This document shows positions 46,601 to 55,635 of a DNA stretch of 56,708 bases, in pieces; positions within the stretch are counted from its first letter, which is position 1; the number at the start of each line of letters is the position of its first letter. The stretch covers positions 1 through 56,708 of the forward strand of contig CAZAFB010000008.1 of NCBI GenBank assembly GCA_964484505.1. The letters are read 5' to 3'. The translations under genes and the position numbers were made by a program. The DNA is from an uncultured Bdellovibrionales bacterium (GTDB lineage: Bacteria > Patescibacteriota > Minisyncoccia > Moranbacterales > GWC2-37-73). Under the pieces are notes generated by a model that worked only from the letters and a program-made list of their open reading frames with translations, did not search any database and was not told where the DNA came from.

Positions 46601-49600
46601 GGACTTTTTAATATTAACGGAACGATTTCCGCTAATGGCACCAACGGGCTGACAAATGATAGATCCGGTGGCGGTTCCGGGGGAGGAATTTGGATTAACG
46701 CGAATACCATAGGGGGAGGGGGTTCAATTTCAGCCAATGGGGGAAACGCTTATAATACGTATGGAGCTGGAGGCGGAGGTGGTGGTCGTATTGCGGTTGA
46801 ATATCTAAGCAGTACTTTTAGCGGCACTTATTCATCTTCCGGAGGCACGGGATATAATGCCGGAAATGCCGGTACTATTCGCACAGGCTCTCTTTCTGCG
46901 GAAGTATTATCCTCCCCCTATGATTCCGGAAGTGGACAAAATGTTATTGCTAAGCTTCAATGGACGGAAACACTGCCTGCGGGTACGGATGCGAAATTTC
47001 AAATCAGAACAGCCCCTGATAATGGCGGAGCACCAGGAACCTGGACTTCTTGGATGGGTCCCAATGGTACTTCCGGAACATATTTTACCGATCCATCAGG
47101 AGGGGAGGATATTCCTGCCGCTTTGGAAGATGGCGCAAACGATCAATGGATGCAGTACAGGGTTTTGTTGAGCAGTCCCGACCTTTCAGTCAATCCGGTT
47201 GTTGGCGATGTATCATTGTTTTATGTGGTAAATCAGCCGCCTAGTTTTGATGCCACTTTTGGTACCGATGGAATCAATCTTTCACAAGTATCAAGCTCTG
47301 TCGATCCGCAATGGGGCAAGATGAAAATAGAATATGCGGTGCGCGATGTCGATACTACTTCCGGAACGGTAACTCAAAATTACGCAACCCCTTCTTTCGA
47401 ATATTCTTTCGATGGTTCCAATTGGACAGCGGTCAATTCGGCGTATGTGACATATTCCGCGCCGGCGCAAGGCGATGTCGCTGACGTTAACGGCGATGGC
47501 AAGATGGATAACAAAATGTTGGAAGGAAGCTATCTGACATATGCAGCGTATTGGAACGCTAAGTCTCAAATTCCGGAAACATATTCCGAATCCATTCGCG
47601 TAAGGATTACCCTTACTGACAATGAAATAGCCAACAGTACTGTGCAAGCTATTGGAAATATAATTAGCGTAGACACGAAAAACCCGACATTGGCCAGTGT
47701 GCCGATGCATGTGCATGCCAATTCTGTGCCTGCTTCAGTTTCATCTGATGTAACAGATGATAATTCCTTGCAGATGAGAATCGGCTTGGCAACGGATATT
47801 TCCGATGCTTCTTGGGAAAGCTATGCCGCCAGCAAACAGCTTGCGCTGGCAACCAATCCCGATATTGTCTATGCTCAATATCGCGATGCTTTTGGTAATT
47901 CCAGTGTTATTTTATCAGCTCAAACGCCTGAGCAGCCGGCGACAGTAATGATTCAGGATACTTCGAACATGCACAATGACCTTAATGAATATAGGCTTTT
48001 TGTGGCATGGAAAACGATCGCTACGCCAGAAGTGGGATTTGGTTCATATTATGTGTACCGTTCGGAAAATCAGACAGACTGGACTCATGTAGGAACCGTG
48101 AATGAAAGGCTGACCAACTATTATGGTGACAATTCCGTGCAGGGAAATGTGAATTATTATTATCGTGTAGCATCCGTAGATAGTAGCGGTGATATATCAT
48201 ATGTTTCAGCAATCGTTAACGGAGTGGCTAACGGTAATGTCGATGCGGGAGAGGGAGGCGGAGGAACGGGCGAACAACCCCCGGTAATTTCCAATGTAAC
48301 CGTGGACAATATTACGCCTACTAGCGCGCAGATAAACTGGACAACTGACGTTATAGCAACTTCCACAGTGGGATTTTCCACTCAACCTTCACATTTCGAA
48401 AATGAAGTAGGATCAGGATCCATGGTTACATCGCATAGCGTTACTTTGAGCAGTCTTACTCCCAACACTCAATATTATTTCCAAACAAAGTCGGCAAATG
48501 CTTCGAATGCTTTAGCTGTCGACACCAATGGAGGAAATGGCTATACATTTTCTACTTCAGCTGGCGACAGTACTGCTCCAATAATTTCCAATATCACAGT
48601 TGCGAATACGACTGCTTCGACCGCAACAATAACCTGGGATACCAATGAAGCTGCTACTTCCTTTGTGGAATATTCAAAAACGAATGGATTTTCCACGGGA
48701 GCGCAATTTGGAGATGTTGCGATGACCACAAGCCATAGTGTAACTGTGCCGTCTTTGGAACAAGGAACAACTTATTATTTCAAGGTCCGCTCCAAAGATG
48801 CGGCGAATAATGAAGGAATATCGGCACAAAGCAGTTTTGATACGTTAGTCAGCGGGGATGTGACATCTCCGCAAATAAGCGGTTTGTCTTCCACACCATC
48901 TTTCAATAGCGCTACCGTAACTTGGACTACCGACGAGGATGCGACATCCTATGTTGAATATGGCTCGAACACATCCTATGGTCGTATTTATGGGGACAAT
49001 AATCCGGTAAAATCACATACGGTTCAGCTTCCCTATGATCTTTCTTCCGAACAGTCATATCATTTCAGAGTCAGATCATTTGACGGTTCGTATAACGAAG
49101 CAATTTCTTCCGATAATACTTTTACGACAACTGTAAATCCGGCAGATTCCACAGCGCCGTTGATTGCTAATATCAACATCGGCACACCAGACAGGGACAG
49201 CGTGACTGTAACTTGGAATACGGATGAATCATCAACGTCATATGTCGGTTATTCCAGCGATGGGGGTGATACTTTTTCCGAGCAAGGCTACTCCACTTTA
49301 ACAACATTCCATAGCGTAACTCTGGCCGGTCTTACTCCCGGTACGACATATCTGTTGAAGATTTCCTCGGCAGATGCTTCCGGCAATAAAGCTACTGATG
49401 ACAATGCTGGTTCTTATTATCAAAGAGCAACAGCTCCCGGTCCAGTACCGCCAGTATTCAGCTCCGTATCTTCATCGAATCTGGACGAACATCGCACGAC
49501 TGTTACCTGGAGCACGGATCTCTCTTCAACTTCGCTTGTTGAATATGGTTTGGATACTAACTATGGTTCCGTAGCTGGCAAGCTCGATGATAAGACAAGC

Positions 49601-51838
49601 CATTCGGTTACTCTGGAAGGATTATTGCCAAGCACTACTTATCATTTTCGTGTGCGTTCAACGGATGAGGTAGAGGGTGTCTCCGGTGATTATACTTTCA
49701 CTACCACAGCCGCACCGGACACTCAGGGTCCGGCAATAAGCGCGATATCATCAACGAACATCAGCAAGGACGGCGCAAGGATAACATGGACAACTGATGA
49801 AAATTCCAATTCACTTGTTTCCTATGGTCAATCATCGGCATACTCTATGGTTGCTGGTGACCGCAGCACCATGGTTACTTCGCATGCTGTCGATCTGGAT
49901 CGCTTGTCTCCGAGCACAACATATCATTACCAAATTACATCCACGGATTCAGTCGGAAACACGGCAAATTCTTCAGATCAAACACTCACTACAATTGCCG
50001 ATACTTCCGATCCGGTAATTTCCGATCTGGAAGTGCGTAGCGTGTCAGAAACCGGAGCAGTCCTTTCCTGGAAGACTGATAAGCGAGCTTCCACAAAAAT
50101 AAATTATGGCGTCGATCATGATTTGGCAAGCAATTATGATGCTCAAATAATTTCAGATGTGCATATTATTTCGCTTACCGGGCTTGCTGGTGGTCAGAAA
50201 TATTATTTCAAGGCAGTTTCGGTTGATGAATATGGTAATAGTGTGGAATCAACAGAACAAACATTCACAACTCTGACTGATCCCGAGTTAAGTCATGATC
50301 CGCTGGAGAGCATAAGCGATATTCCAGATTCACCTGCTGTGCTTACTGATACGAAAGCTGTGATTGACTTTTCTACCGATCAGCGTGCGCAATGCTTTAT
50401 TGAATATGGTACTCAAGCAGGACAATATACGGAAGTTCCAATAGGGGAATCAACATATGATTCCAAACACTCCCTACATTTGGCTGGCCTTATATATCAA
50501 ACCAAATATTATTATCGAGTAACTTGTTCGGATAATTTGGATACGATCATCATGTCTGATGAACTCAGCTTTACGACTCTGGAAAAGCAAGTAGGGGAAA
50601 GCGAGACTGGAGAAGAAGAGATTGCTGATCGCATAGCGCCGTCAATCAGTAATGTTTCGGTAAAAACAGTGGCAAGTGAAAGCACGGTAATTTCTTGGGA
50701 TACGGATGAAAACGCCAACAGCATGATACGTTTTGGCACCAGTTCAACTTATGGCAAGATGACTGGTGATGATAGCGTCAATAAAGATTCAGCCAACTAT
50801 GTTCAAAAACACGAAGTGACCGTGGACAGGTTGGTTCCCGGAACAAAATATTATTTCGAAGCAATGTCCTTGGATACAAATGGGAATATCGGAAAATCTT
50901 CTCAGGGAACGTTTACCACAGAAGGAACATCGACCATATCATCGATAGTTTCAGAATCCAAAGAATTGGGCAAGGCGACAGTAATGTGGCTAACACAAGT
51001 TCCTGCCGATACTTACCTTGAATACGGCGTTTCCACTAAATATGGTTCTGAAATAAAACAAAGTTCGCTTACCAAGGAACATCAAGTGGAGCTTTCTGGT
51101 CTTAAAGGCGGTTCGATATATCATTTTCGAATTAAAGGAACTGATGCTGAGGGAAATATTTATACTTCGGCTGATTCCACTTTTGCGCCAAAATCTCCGC
51201 CAAAGGTTCGTGATTTGCAAGCAGTGCATGTTTCTGAACATTCAGCAACAATCACTTTTACAGCAGATGTTCCAGTGACAGCAACCGTAAACTATCAGGA
51301 CACACGCAAGGAGAAAGAGGCGCAAAGCAAAGGTAATCCGAATTTGGGAACCAAGCAGGAGATAATCTTGAATGATTTGGAATCAGGGCTTACTTACTCG
51401 TATGCCGTAACAGTGCGCGACGAGAATGGTCTGGAGACAATATCTGAAGCGAAAACTTTTGTTACCGGCAAGGACACTACGGCGCCGCTTATCGATCAGG
51501 TAAAAACCGAATCTGCTCTGACTCAAAACGACAAAGTGCAATCAATTATCAGCTGGAAAACTGATGAGCTGGCGACAGGAGCTCTTGTGTATCGGGAAGG
51601 TAAAAATGGCGAGGAAAAAGAAATTAAAGTTTCGGACGTTTTGTCACAACAGCATGTGGCGGTGGTTACTTCATTCAATCAGGGTTCAGTTTATTATTTT
51701 AGGGTAAAAGCTGTCGATGCTTCCGATAATGAGGCGGTTTCTTCAGATTATGCATTATTAACACCTAAAACAAAGGAGAATATAGTGCAGGTAATAATTT
51801 CTAATTTCTATGATATATTCAGATGGACAAGGAGATGA
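43616..51838 (+). CDS. Giant secreted surface protein/adhesin (2740 aa): Gly-rich beta repeats plus about 12-13 FN3-like domains
   Basis: Signal peptide ending ANA-A; GGGHGGKG / GSGGAIW / GGGGRIA repeats; DVNGDGKMD Ca-binding-like loop; repeated P.IS.V...A.I.W.TD...S.V.YG...H.V.L..L.P.T.Y.F. Confidence 0.93.
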   Translation: MKPRANHFKRHFFLGASFFAMVFLFFSHNANAATITWDGSSSTDWATAANWVGDAVPTSTDDVVINGSYTNAPILNLSAGAVTVNSLSVGSSATSVVTVSNGDIDTKKLIVTGDVTIGASGTLTHTANSSAETHRLSLQVGGNMTIVSGGSISINSKGYTGTSGNGRGPGAGGGGDINQRGSGGGHGGKGASTTTHAGGTTYDSITQPAMIGSSGGTCSRAAYGGAGGGAAKIVVGGTLTLEGALTAVGGNGITDKCSGGGSGGAIWVVAGNLTGAGSINANGGTSYNNDLTSASGGGGGRIAIEYTTSSFSGAITAFGKTGYAYGGAGTIYLKQGTNNGDLIVDNNSVAGADTLQLAGTNFTFDNVTITKSAKYVIPDTSSLAASVSLSANSVDATITVNSGGSMTLPASQNSLAYFSIANSGTVNVSQSNFSISNGTITNNGTITGISNLTLSSVTFYQNGTLTGITDLIVGASSTFEFQNLTPSTPFNLNSLTIQSSGVLTHKGNSSTEAYTLNLNISGNLDVQSGGSINLNSKGYTGTSGNGRGPGAGGGGDINQRGSGGGHGGKGASTTTHAGGTTYDSITQPAMIGSSGGTCSRAAYGGAGGGAAKIVVGGTLTLEGALTAVGGNGITDKCSGGGSGGAIWVVAGNLTGAGSINANGGTSYNNDLTSASGGGGGRIAIEYTTSSFSGAITAFGKTGYAYGGAGTIYLKQGTNNGDLIVDNNSVAGADTLQLAGTNFTFDNVTITKSAKYVIPDTSSLAASVSLSANSVDATITVNSGGSMTLPASQNSLAYFSIANSGTVNVSQSNFSISNGTITNNGTITGISNLTLSSVTFYQNGTLTGITDLIVGASSTFEFQNLNASTPFNLSNLTVLSGGTITHKANSSTETYTLNLNISGDFDLQSGGAISLNGRGYVGKSGTGYGPGAGAGGDLNAYGAGGGYGGKGGNGRAGLVGGSPYGSIVQPVNIGSSGGAATATSGSGGGAVKIIVGGLFNINGTISANGTNGLTNDRSGGGSGGGIWINANTIGGGGSISANGGNAYNTYGAGGGGGGRIAVEYLSSTFSGTYSSSGGTGYNAGNAGTIRTGSLSAEVLSSPYDSGSGQNVIAKLQWTETLPAGTDAKFQIRTAPDNGGAPGTWTSWMGPNGTSGTYFTDPSGGEDIPAALEDGANDQWMQYRVLLSSPDLSVNPVVGDVSLFYVVNQPPSFDATFGTDGINLSQVSSSVDPQWGKMKIEYAVRDVDTTSGTVTQNYATPSFEYSFDGSNWTAVNSAYVTYSAPAQGDVADVNGDGKMDNKMLEGSYLTYAAYWNAKSQIPETYSESIRVRITLTDNEIANSTVQAIGNIISVDTKNPTLASVPMHVHANSVPASVSSDVTDDNSLQMRIGLATDISDASWESYAASKQLALATNPDIVYAQYRDAFGNSSVILSAQTPEQPATVMIQDTSNMHNDLNEYRLFVAWKTIATPEVGFGSYYVYRSENQTDWTHVGTVNERLTNYYGDNSVQGNVNYYYRVASVDSSGDISYVSAIVNGVANGNVDAGEGGGGTGEQPPVISNVTVDNITPTSAQINWTTDVIATSTVGFSTQPSHFENEVGSGSMVTSHSVTLSSLTPNTQYYFQTKSANASNALAVDTNGGNGYTFSTSAGDSTAPIISNITVANTTASTATITWDTNEAATSFVEYSKTNGFSTGAQFGDVAMTTSHSVTVPSLEQGTTYYFKVRSKDAANNEGISAQSSFDTLVSGDVTSPQISGLSSTPSFNSATVTWTTDEDATSYVEYGSNTSYGRIYGDNNPVKSHTVQLPYDLSSEQSYHFRVRSFDGSYNEAISSDNTFTTTVNPADSTAPLIANINIGTPDRDSVTVTWNTDESSTSYVGYSSDGGDTFSEQGYSTLTTFHSVTLAGLTPGTTYLLKISSADASGNKATDDNAGSYYQRATAPGPVPPVFSSVSSSNLDEHRTTVTWSTDLSSTSLVEYGLDTNYGSVAGKLDDKTSHSVTLEGLLPSTTYHFRVRSTDEVEGVSGDYTFTTTAAPDTQGPAISAISSTNISKDGARITWTTDENSNSLVSYGQSSAYSMVAGDRSTMVTSHAVDLDRLSPSTTYHYQITSTDSVGNTANSSDQTLTTIADTSDPVISDLEVRSVSETGAVLSWKTDKRASTKINYGVDHDLASNYDAQIISDVHIISLTGLAGGQKYYFKAVSVDEYGNSVESTEQTFTTLTDPELSHDPLESISDIPDSPAVLTDTKAVIDFSTDQRAQCFIEYGTQAGQYTEVPIGESTYDSKHSLHLAGLIYQTKYYYRVTCSDNLDTIIMSDELSFTTLEKQVGESETGEEEIADRIAPSISNVSVKTVASESTVISWDTDENANSMIRFGTSSTYGKMTGDDSVNKDSANYVQKHEVTVDRLVPGTKYYFEAMSLDTNGNIGKSSQGTFTTEGTSTISSIVSESKELGKATVMWLTQVPADTYLEYGVSTKYGSEIKQSSLTKEHQVELSGLKGGSIYHFRIKGTDAEGNIYTSADSTFAPKSPPKVRDLQAVHVSEHSATITFTADVPVTATVNYQDTRKEKEAQSKGNPNLGTKQEIILNDLESGLTYSYAVTVRDENGLETISEAKTFVTGKDTTAPLIDQVKTESALTQNDKVQSIISWKTDELATGALVYREGKNGEEKEIKVSDVLSQQHVAVVTSFNQGSVYYFRVKAVDASDNEAVSSDYALLTPKTKENIVQVIISNFYDIFRWTRR
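44078..46208 (+). repeat. Tandem duplication, period 1140 bp, with a 991-bp identical block
   Basis: 44078-45068 matches 45218-46208 on line-by-line reading; antisense ORFs 44281-44559 and 45421-45699 are identical. Confidence 0.95.
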
Positions 51839-51886
51839 TTGTTCATGATTGATGTGTTATAATAAAAAAGAAGTTGAAAAAAACAA

Positions 51887-53197
51887 ATGGCTGACCCAAA
51901 CATAATCGTAGATCAATTACGTGTCATATATAATCAGGGAAAATCAAACGAGGTCCGTTCTCTTGACGGTGTGAGCGTGAAGATTTTTCCCGAGGAATAT
52001 GTGATCATTTTCGGACCTTCCGGTTGCGGTAAGTCCACTTTGCTCTATGGAATTTCCGGATTACAAGCGCCTACATATGGCGATGTTGTGGTGAATGGTA
52101 AAAATTTGGCGAAGATTACAAAAAAAGAAGCAGTGGAATTTCACCAGTCAGGAATTGGCATGATTTTCCAGGCTTTTTATCTCATACCAACGCTTACGGT
52201 TTGGGATAATGTGTGTTTGCCGAAAGTTTTTCGCGGAGAGGAGCTCAAACAGCGCAAAGTTGAAGCCATGAAACTGCTCCATCGTTTCGGTATCGCCGAA
52301 CAGGCCGATAAGTTTCCAAGCCAACTTTCCGGTGGACAGAAACAGCGTGTGGCCATAGCAAGATCTTTGGTTAATAATCCACAGATAATTTTGGCAGATG
52401 AGCCAGTGGGAAACTTGGATAGTGAATCTGCTCAGAATGTGTTGGAAATATTGCAGGAACTCAATACGGTCGACAAAAAAACGGTGATCATGGTTACGCA
52501 CAATCCAGAGCATCTTTTTTATGCAGACCGTATTATTCACATGAAAGACGGCAAAGTGGTTACGGAAGAAATAAATAGGGAAAAACGTCCGGTTAGTGAG
52601 ATTAAGAAAGAGGTAATGATGACTCCGGAAGATATTTCCAACGAGCTCAGAATTTTGTCGAGAACTTTCAAAAATCTTTCTTTGCAGCAAGTAGGCGTTT
52701 TGCTCATTCCTTTTAAGGCAAAACAACTACTTTCTCACATATTGTCGGAACTCATGGAAGAGCAGGTTTCAGTGGCGGAAGCCTTGTTGAAGGAATTGCT
52801 GTTCAAAAATATTGATCTAACCCGTTTTGAACAGAAACTGGACGATGATTATGAAGAAGGTGGTGCCGGATTTAACAAAAAAAGGGCAGTTTCTTTTGCT
52901 GATCGAGTAGAAAAAATACTTCTACAAGCTGAAAATATCAGAGAAAACACAGCTGAATCATCCAAGGCACTTGTCGAATATTTGAAAGAATTATTTAAAT
53001 TAAGACTTGATGAAGAACAGATGGAAAGATTGCGCTCATTTATTCAAATGCGCATTGACAATAGGATTGATCGCTTCGGTTTGACGCAGCGCCTGGATGC
53101 AAGCAAGTCGCTTGGCGGAGTCGGTTTGTATAAAGGTACTGCCGAGCGCGTGGTCAGGGAGGTGGAAATGGTGATGTTATTAAAATACTCAGCATAG
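51887..53197 (+). CDS. LolD/MacB-type ABC ATP-binding protein with a roughly 200-aa C-terminal extension
   Basis: GPSGCGKST, GMIFQAFYL, LSGGQKQRVAIAR, ILADEPVGNLD, MVTHN. Confidence 0.95.
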   Translation: MADPNIIVDQLRVIYNQGKSNEVRSLDGVSVKIFPEEYVIIFGPSGCGKSTLLYGISGLQAPTYGDVVVNGKNLAKITKKEAVEFHQSGIGMIFQAFYLIPTLTVWDNVCLPKVFRGEELKQRKVEAMKLLHRFGIAEQADKFPSQLSGGQKQRVAIARSLVNNPQIILADEPVGNLDSESAQNVLEILQELNTVDKKTVIMVTHNPEHLFYADRIIHMKDGKVVTEEINREKRPVSEIKKEVMMTPEDISNELRILSRTFKNLSLQQVGVLLIPFKAKQLLSHILSELMEEQVSVAEALLKELLFKNIDLTRFEQKLDDDYEEGGAGFNKKRAVSFADRVEKILLQAENIRENTAESSKALVEYLKELFKLRLDEEQMERLRSFIQMRIDNRIDRFGLTQRLDASKSLGGVGLYKGTAERVVREVEMVMLLKYSA

Positions 53198-53198
53198 T

Positions 53199-54413
53199 AT
53201 GAAGTTTATAGATTTATTCAAACTTTCAACCAGAATGTTTAAGGCGCGCACCTCGCGTACGCTTTTGACTATTCTTGGTATGAGTATCGGTATCGGAGCA
53301 ATTCTCTTTTTGGTTTCCCTGGGATACGGTTTGCAAAAAACTTTGCTAGAAAGAATTACGACTTCCGATTCGTTACTTACGCTTGATGTCACTGAAGCCA
53401 AATCCGGAGTCATAATGCTTGATGGTGAAAGAATAGGTAAATTAAAGCAGATGAGCGGCGTTACGGAAGTAAGTCCCGCATTTCAATTAACTGCACAAGG
53501 CCACTTGGAAGATTTATCAGCCGATCTTGTTTCTTTTGTATCTACACCTTCTTATTTAAAGCTTGGTGGATTTAAGGCAACGCAAGGAGTACTTCTTTCA
53601 GACGATGTTCCAAACGGAATAGTCATCAGTAGTGCAGTGGCTCAAGTTTTTGGCAAAAGTGCGGAAGAAATGATTGGCAAAGAAATGACTTTTTCCTTTT
53701 TCATACCAAAGGAGAATAAATCTTCCGAAGGGGATGCTGATTCACAAATAGAATATGATCGTACCGAAGGCAAAAATACCTATAAGATAATAGGTATGGT
53801 TGGAAATGAAGAAAATGTGGTTTATATAAATTCAGAGTCTCTTAAAGATTTGAATATTCAAAGATATTCGCAAGTTAAGGTCAAATGCGCTTCCAATCAA
53901 GAAATGTCGTTTATTCGCGACGCTATAATCAATGATGGGTTGTTGGTGTCTTCACTTTCAGATACTGTTGATCAAGCAAACAAAATTTTTAGCATAGTGC
54001 AGTTGATCCTGATGCTTTTTGGAGTAATTGCACTGGTTGTTTCAGCAATTGGTATGTTCAATACGATGACCATAGCACTTTTGGAGCGTACAGAGGAAAT
54101 AGGTATCATGAAATCAATTGGGGCATCAGATATGAGTATATCGATTATGTTTTTTATGGAATCAGCAATCATGGGCTTTTTGGGTGGACTTGCCGGTGTT
54201 ATGATAGGTTTTCTAGGGGGGATATCTTTCAACTGGTTGATTAATTTTATTGCCATTCGTTTCGGAGGGGAGAAGGTGACTCTTTTTTACAGTCCGCTTT
54301 GGTTTGTGCTTGCCATTATCGCCTTTTCTGCAGTGGTTGGTCTTTTTACTGGCCTTGTGCCGGCAAGGAGAGCGAGCAAGATTGATCCATTGGACGCACT
54401 TAGATACAAATAA
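53199..54413 (+). CDS. MacB/FtsX-family ABC permease
   Basis: RTLLTILGMSIGIGAIL, large extracellular domain, IGMFNTMTIALLERTEEIGIMKSIGA, PARRASKIDPLDALRY. Confidence 0.95.
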   Translation: MKFIDLFKLSTRMFKARTSRTLLTILGMSIGIGAILFLVSLGYGLQKTLLERITTSDSLLTLDVTEAKSGVIMLDGERIGKLKQMSGVTEVSPAFQLTAQGHLEDLSADLVSFVSTPSYLKLGGFKATQGVLLSDDVPNGIVISSAVAQVFGKSAEEMIGKEMTFSFFIPKENKSSEGDADSQIEYDRTEGKNTYKIIGMVGNEENVVYINSESLKDLNIQRYSQVKVKCASNQEMSFIRDAIINDGLLVSSLSDTVDQANKIFSIVQLILMLFGVIALVVSAIGMFNTMTIALLERTEEIGIMKSIGASDMSISIMFFMESAIMGFLGGLAGVMIGFLGGISFNWLINFIAIRFGGEKVTLFYSPLWFVLAIIAFSAVVGLFTGLVPARRASKIDPLDALRYK

Positions 54414-54491
54414 TGAATTATGAAGTAAAAATTAGGAATTAAGATAAAAGGAATTGCATCTTTCATAATTCATAAATCATAATTCATAATT
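54412..54491. repeat. ATGAATT/AATTCAT heptamer quasi-palindromic element
   Basis: Left arm ATGAATTATGAA...AGGAATT, right arm TTCATAATTCATAAATCATAATTCATAATT. Confidence 0.75.
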
Positions 54492-54552
54492 TCCGGGCTA
54501 ATGTTGCCCCTTTTTTTATTTACGGTTATAGTATAGGAGAATCTGTGGGCTA

Positions 54553-54608
54553 ATTTTGTTCGTAGATTCGTCCGCCAGCTGGCGGAGTAATTCGTAGTTT
54601 CGTATCGG
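54553..54608. repeat. ATTCGTA arm with nested TCCGCCAGCTGGCGGA palindrome
   Basis: Palindrome at 54571-54586 is the same family as the insert in MITE copies 1 and 2. Confidence 0.7.
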
Positions 54609-54612
54609 TTTT

Positions 54613-55434
54613 ATGAAGTTACTAGACGGAAAAGGATTATCTGAGAAAATTCTTGATGATATATGTTCAAAAGTGCGCAAAGGAGGGGAGCATCCTCATT
54701 TGGCGGTTTTTCTCGTGGGGGACGATCCAGCATCTCATCTCTATGTGTCTCTCAAAGAAAAGGCTGCCAAGAGTGTGGGTATTGACGTTTCGCTATACAA
54801 ATTTTCTGCTAAGGATAAACAAGAATCTGTTTTAGAATGCGTGAAAATTATGAGTAATGATGACGAGGTTGATGGTATTTTGGTGCAATTACCTCTCCCT
54901 GAGGGTTTTGATACCGAATCTATCATAGGCGCTATTGCACCAAGAAAAGATGTGGATGGATTTTCCTCGGATAGCGGTTTGGTGCCGGTTTTTCCCAGGG
55001 CGATTCTGATGCTTATTCAAAGCAGCGGGGTGAAATTGGAGGGCAAAAAAGCCTTGGTTATTGCAAATTCCGATGAATTTGGCAGGGCAATGAGCGAGAT
55101 GCTCAAAGGTGAAAAAATGGTCGTGGAATACATTTTGGCTGCTGATTTGCCTTCAAATCTTGGGAAAATCAAGGCTGCTGATGTCGTGGTGAGCGCTGTG
55201 GGCTCGCCAGGGCTGCTTCGGGGTGAAATGTTCAAAGATGGCGCTATTGTTATTGATGGTGGGATTGAAAAAGTGGATGGAGTTACAGTGGGAGATGTGG
55301 ATTTTGCCTCAACAGAGGAAAAAGAATGTTTTCTTTCCCCGGTTCCTGGCGGTGTCGGCCCAGTCACAATCGCCTGTCTTTTGAAAAATGTCTATCTGGC
55401 ATTTAAGGCTCAACAAAAGGAAAAGAGTAATTGA
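54613..55434 (+). CDS. folD: Bifunctional methylenetetrahydrofolate dehydrogenase/cyclohydrolase
   Basis: LLDGK, VGDDPASHLYVSLKEK, DGILVQLPLP, KDVDG, SPVPGGVGPVT. Confidence 0.96.
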   Translation: MKLLDGKGLSEKILDDICSKVRKGGEHPHLAVFLVGDDPASHLYVSLKEKAAKSVGIDVSLYKFSAKDKQESVLECVKIMSNDDEVDGILVQLPLPEGFDTESIIGAIAPRKDVDGFSSDSGLVPVFPRAILMLIQSSGVKLEGKKALVIANSDEFGRAMSEMLKGEKMVVEYILAADLPSNLGKIKAADVVVSAVGSPGLLRGEMFKDGAIVIDGGIEKVDGVTVGDVDFASTEEKECFLSPVPGGVGPVTIACLLKNVYLAFKAQQKEKSN

Positions 55435-55525
55435 TTTATTATATATAGTGATGTATCATGAAGGCAGTTTCATTTAGGTAAGCTGTCTTTTTATTTGGAA
55501 CTTATGCGCTTGTCTATTATGTTTT

Positions 55526-55600
55526 AATGCAAAAATAATTTTTTGCTTGCCTTGCATTCGCTATCGCTCATACGGAAGCCGCAAAAAATAATTTTGCATT
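55526..55600. repeat. REP-like inverted repeat upstream of leuS
   Basis: AATGCAAAAATAATTTTTTGC...GCAAAAAATAATTTTGCATT around a TCGCTATCGCTCA core. Confidence 0.65.
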
Positions 55601-55635
55601 AAATTATTACAAACGCACAAATTCTTATATTTTTT

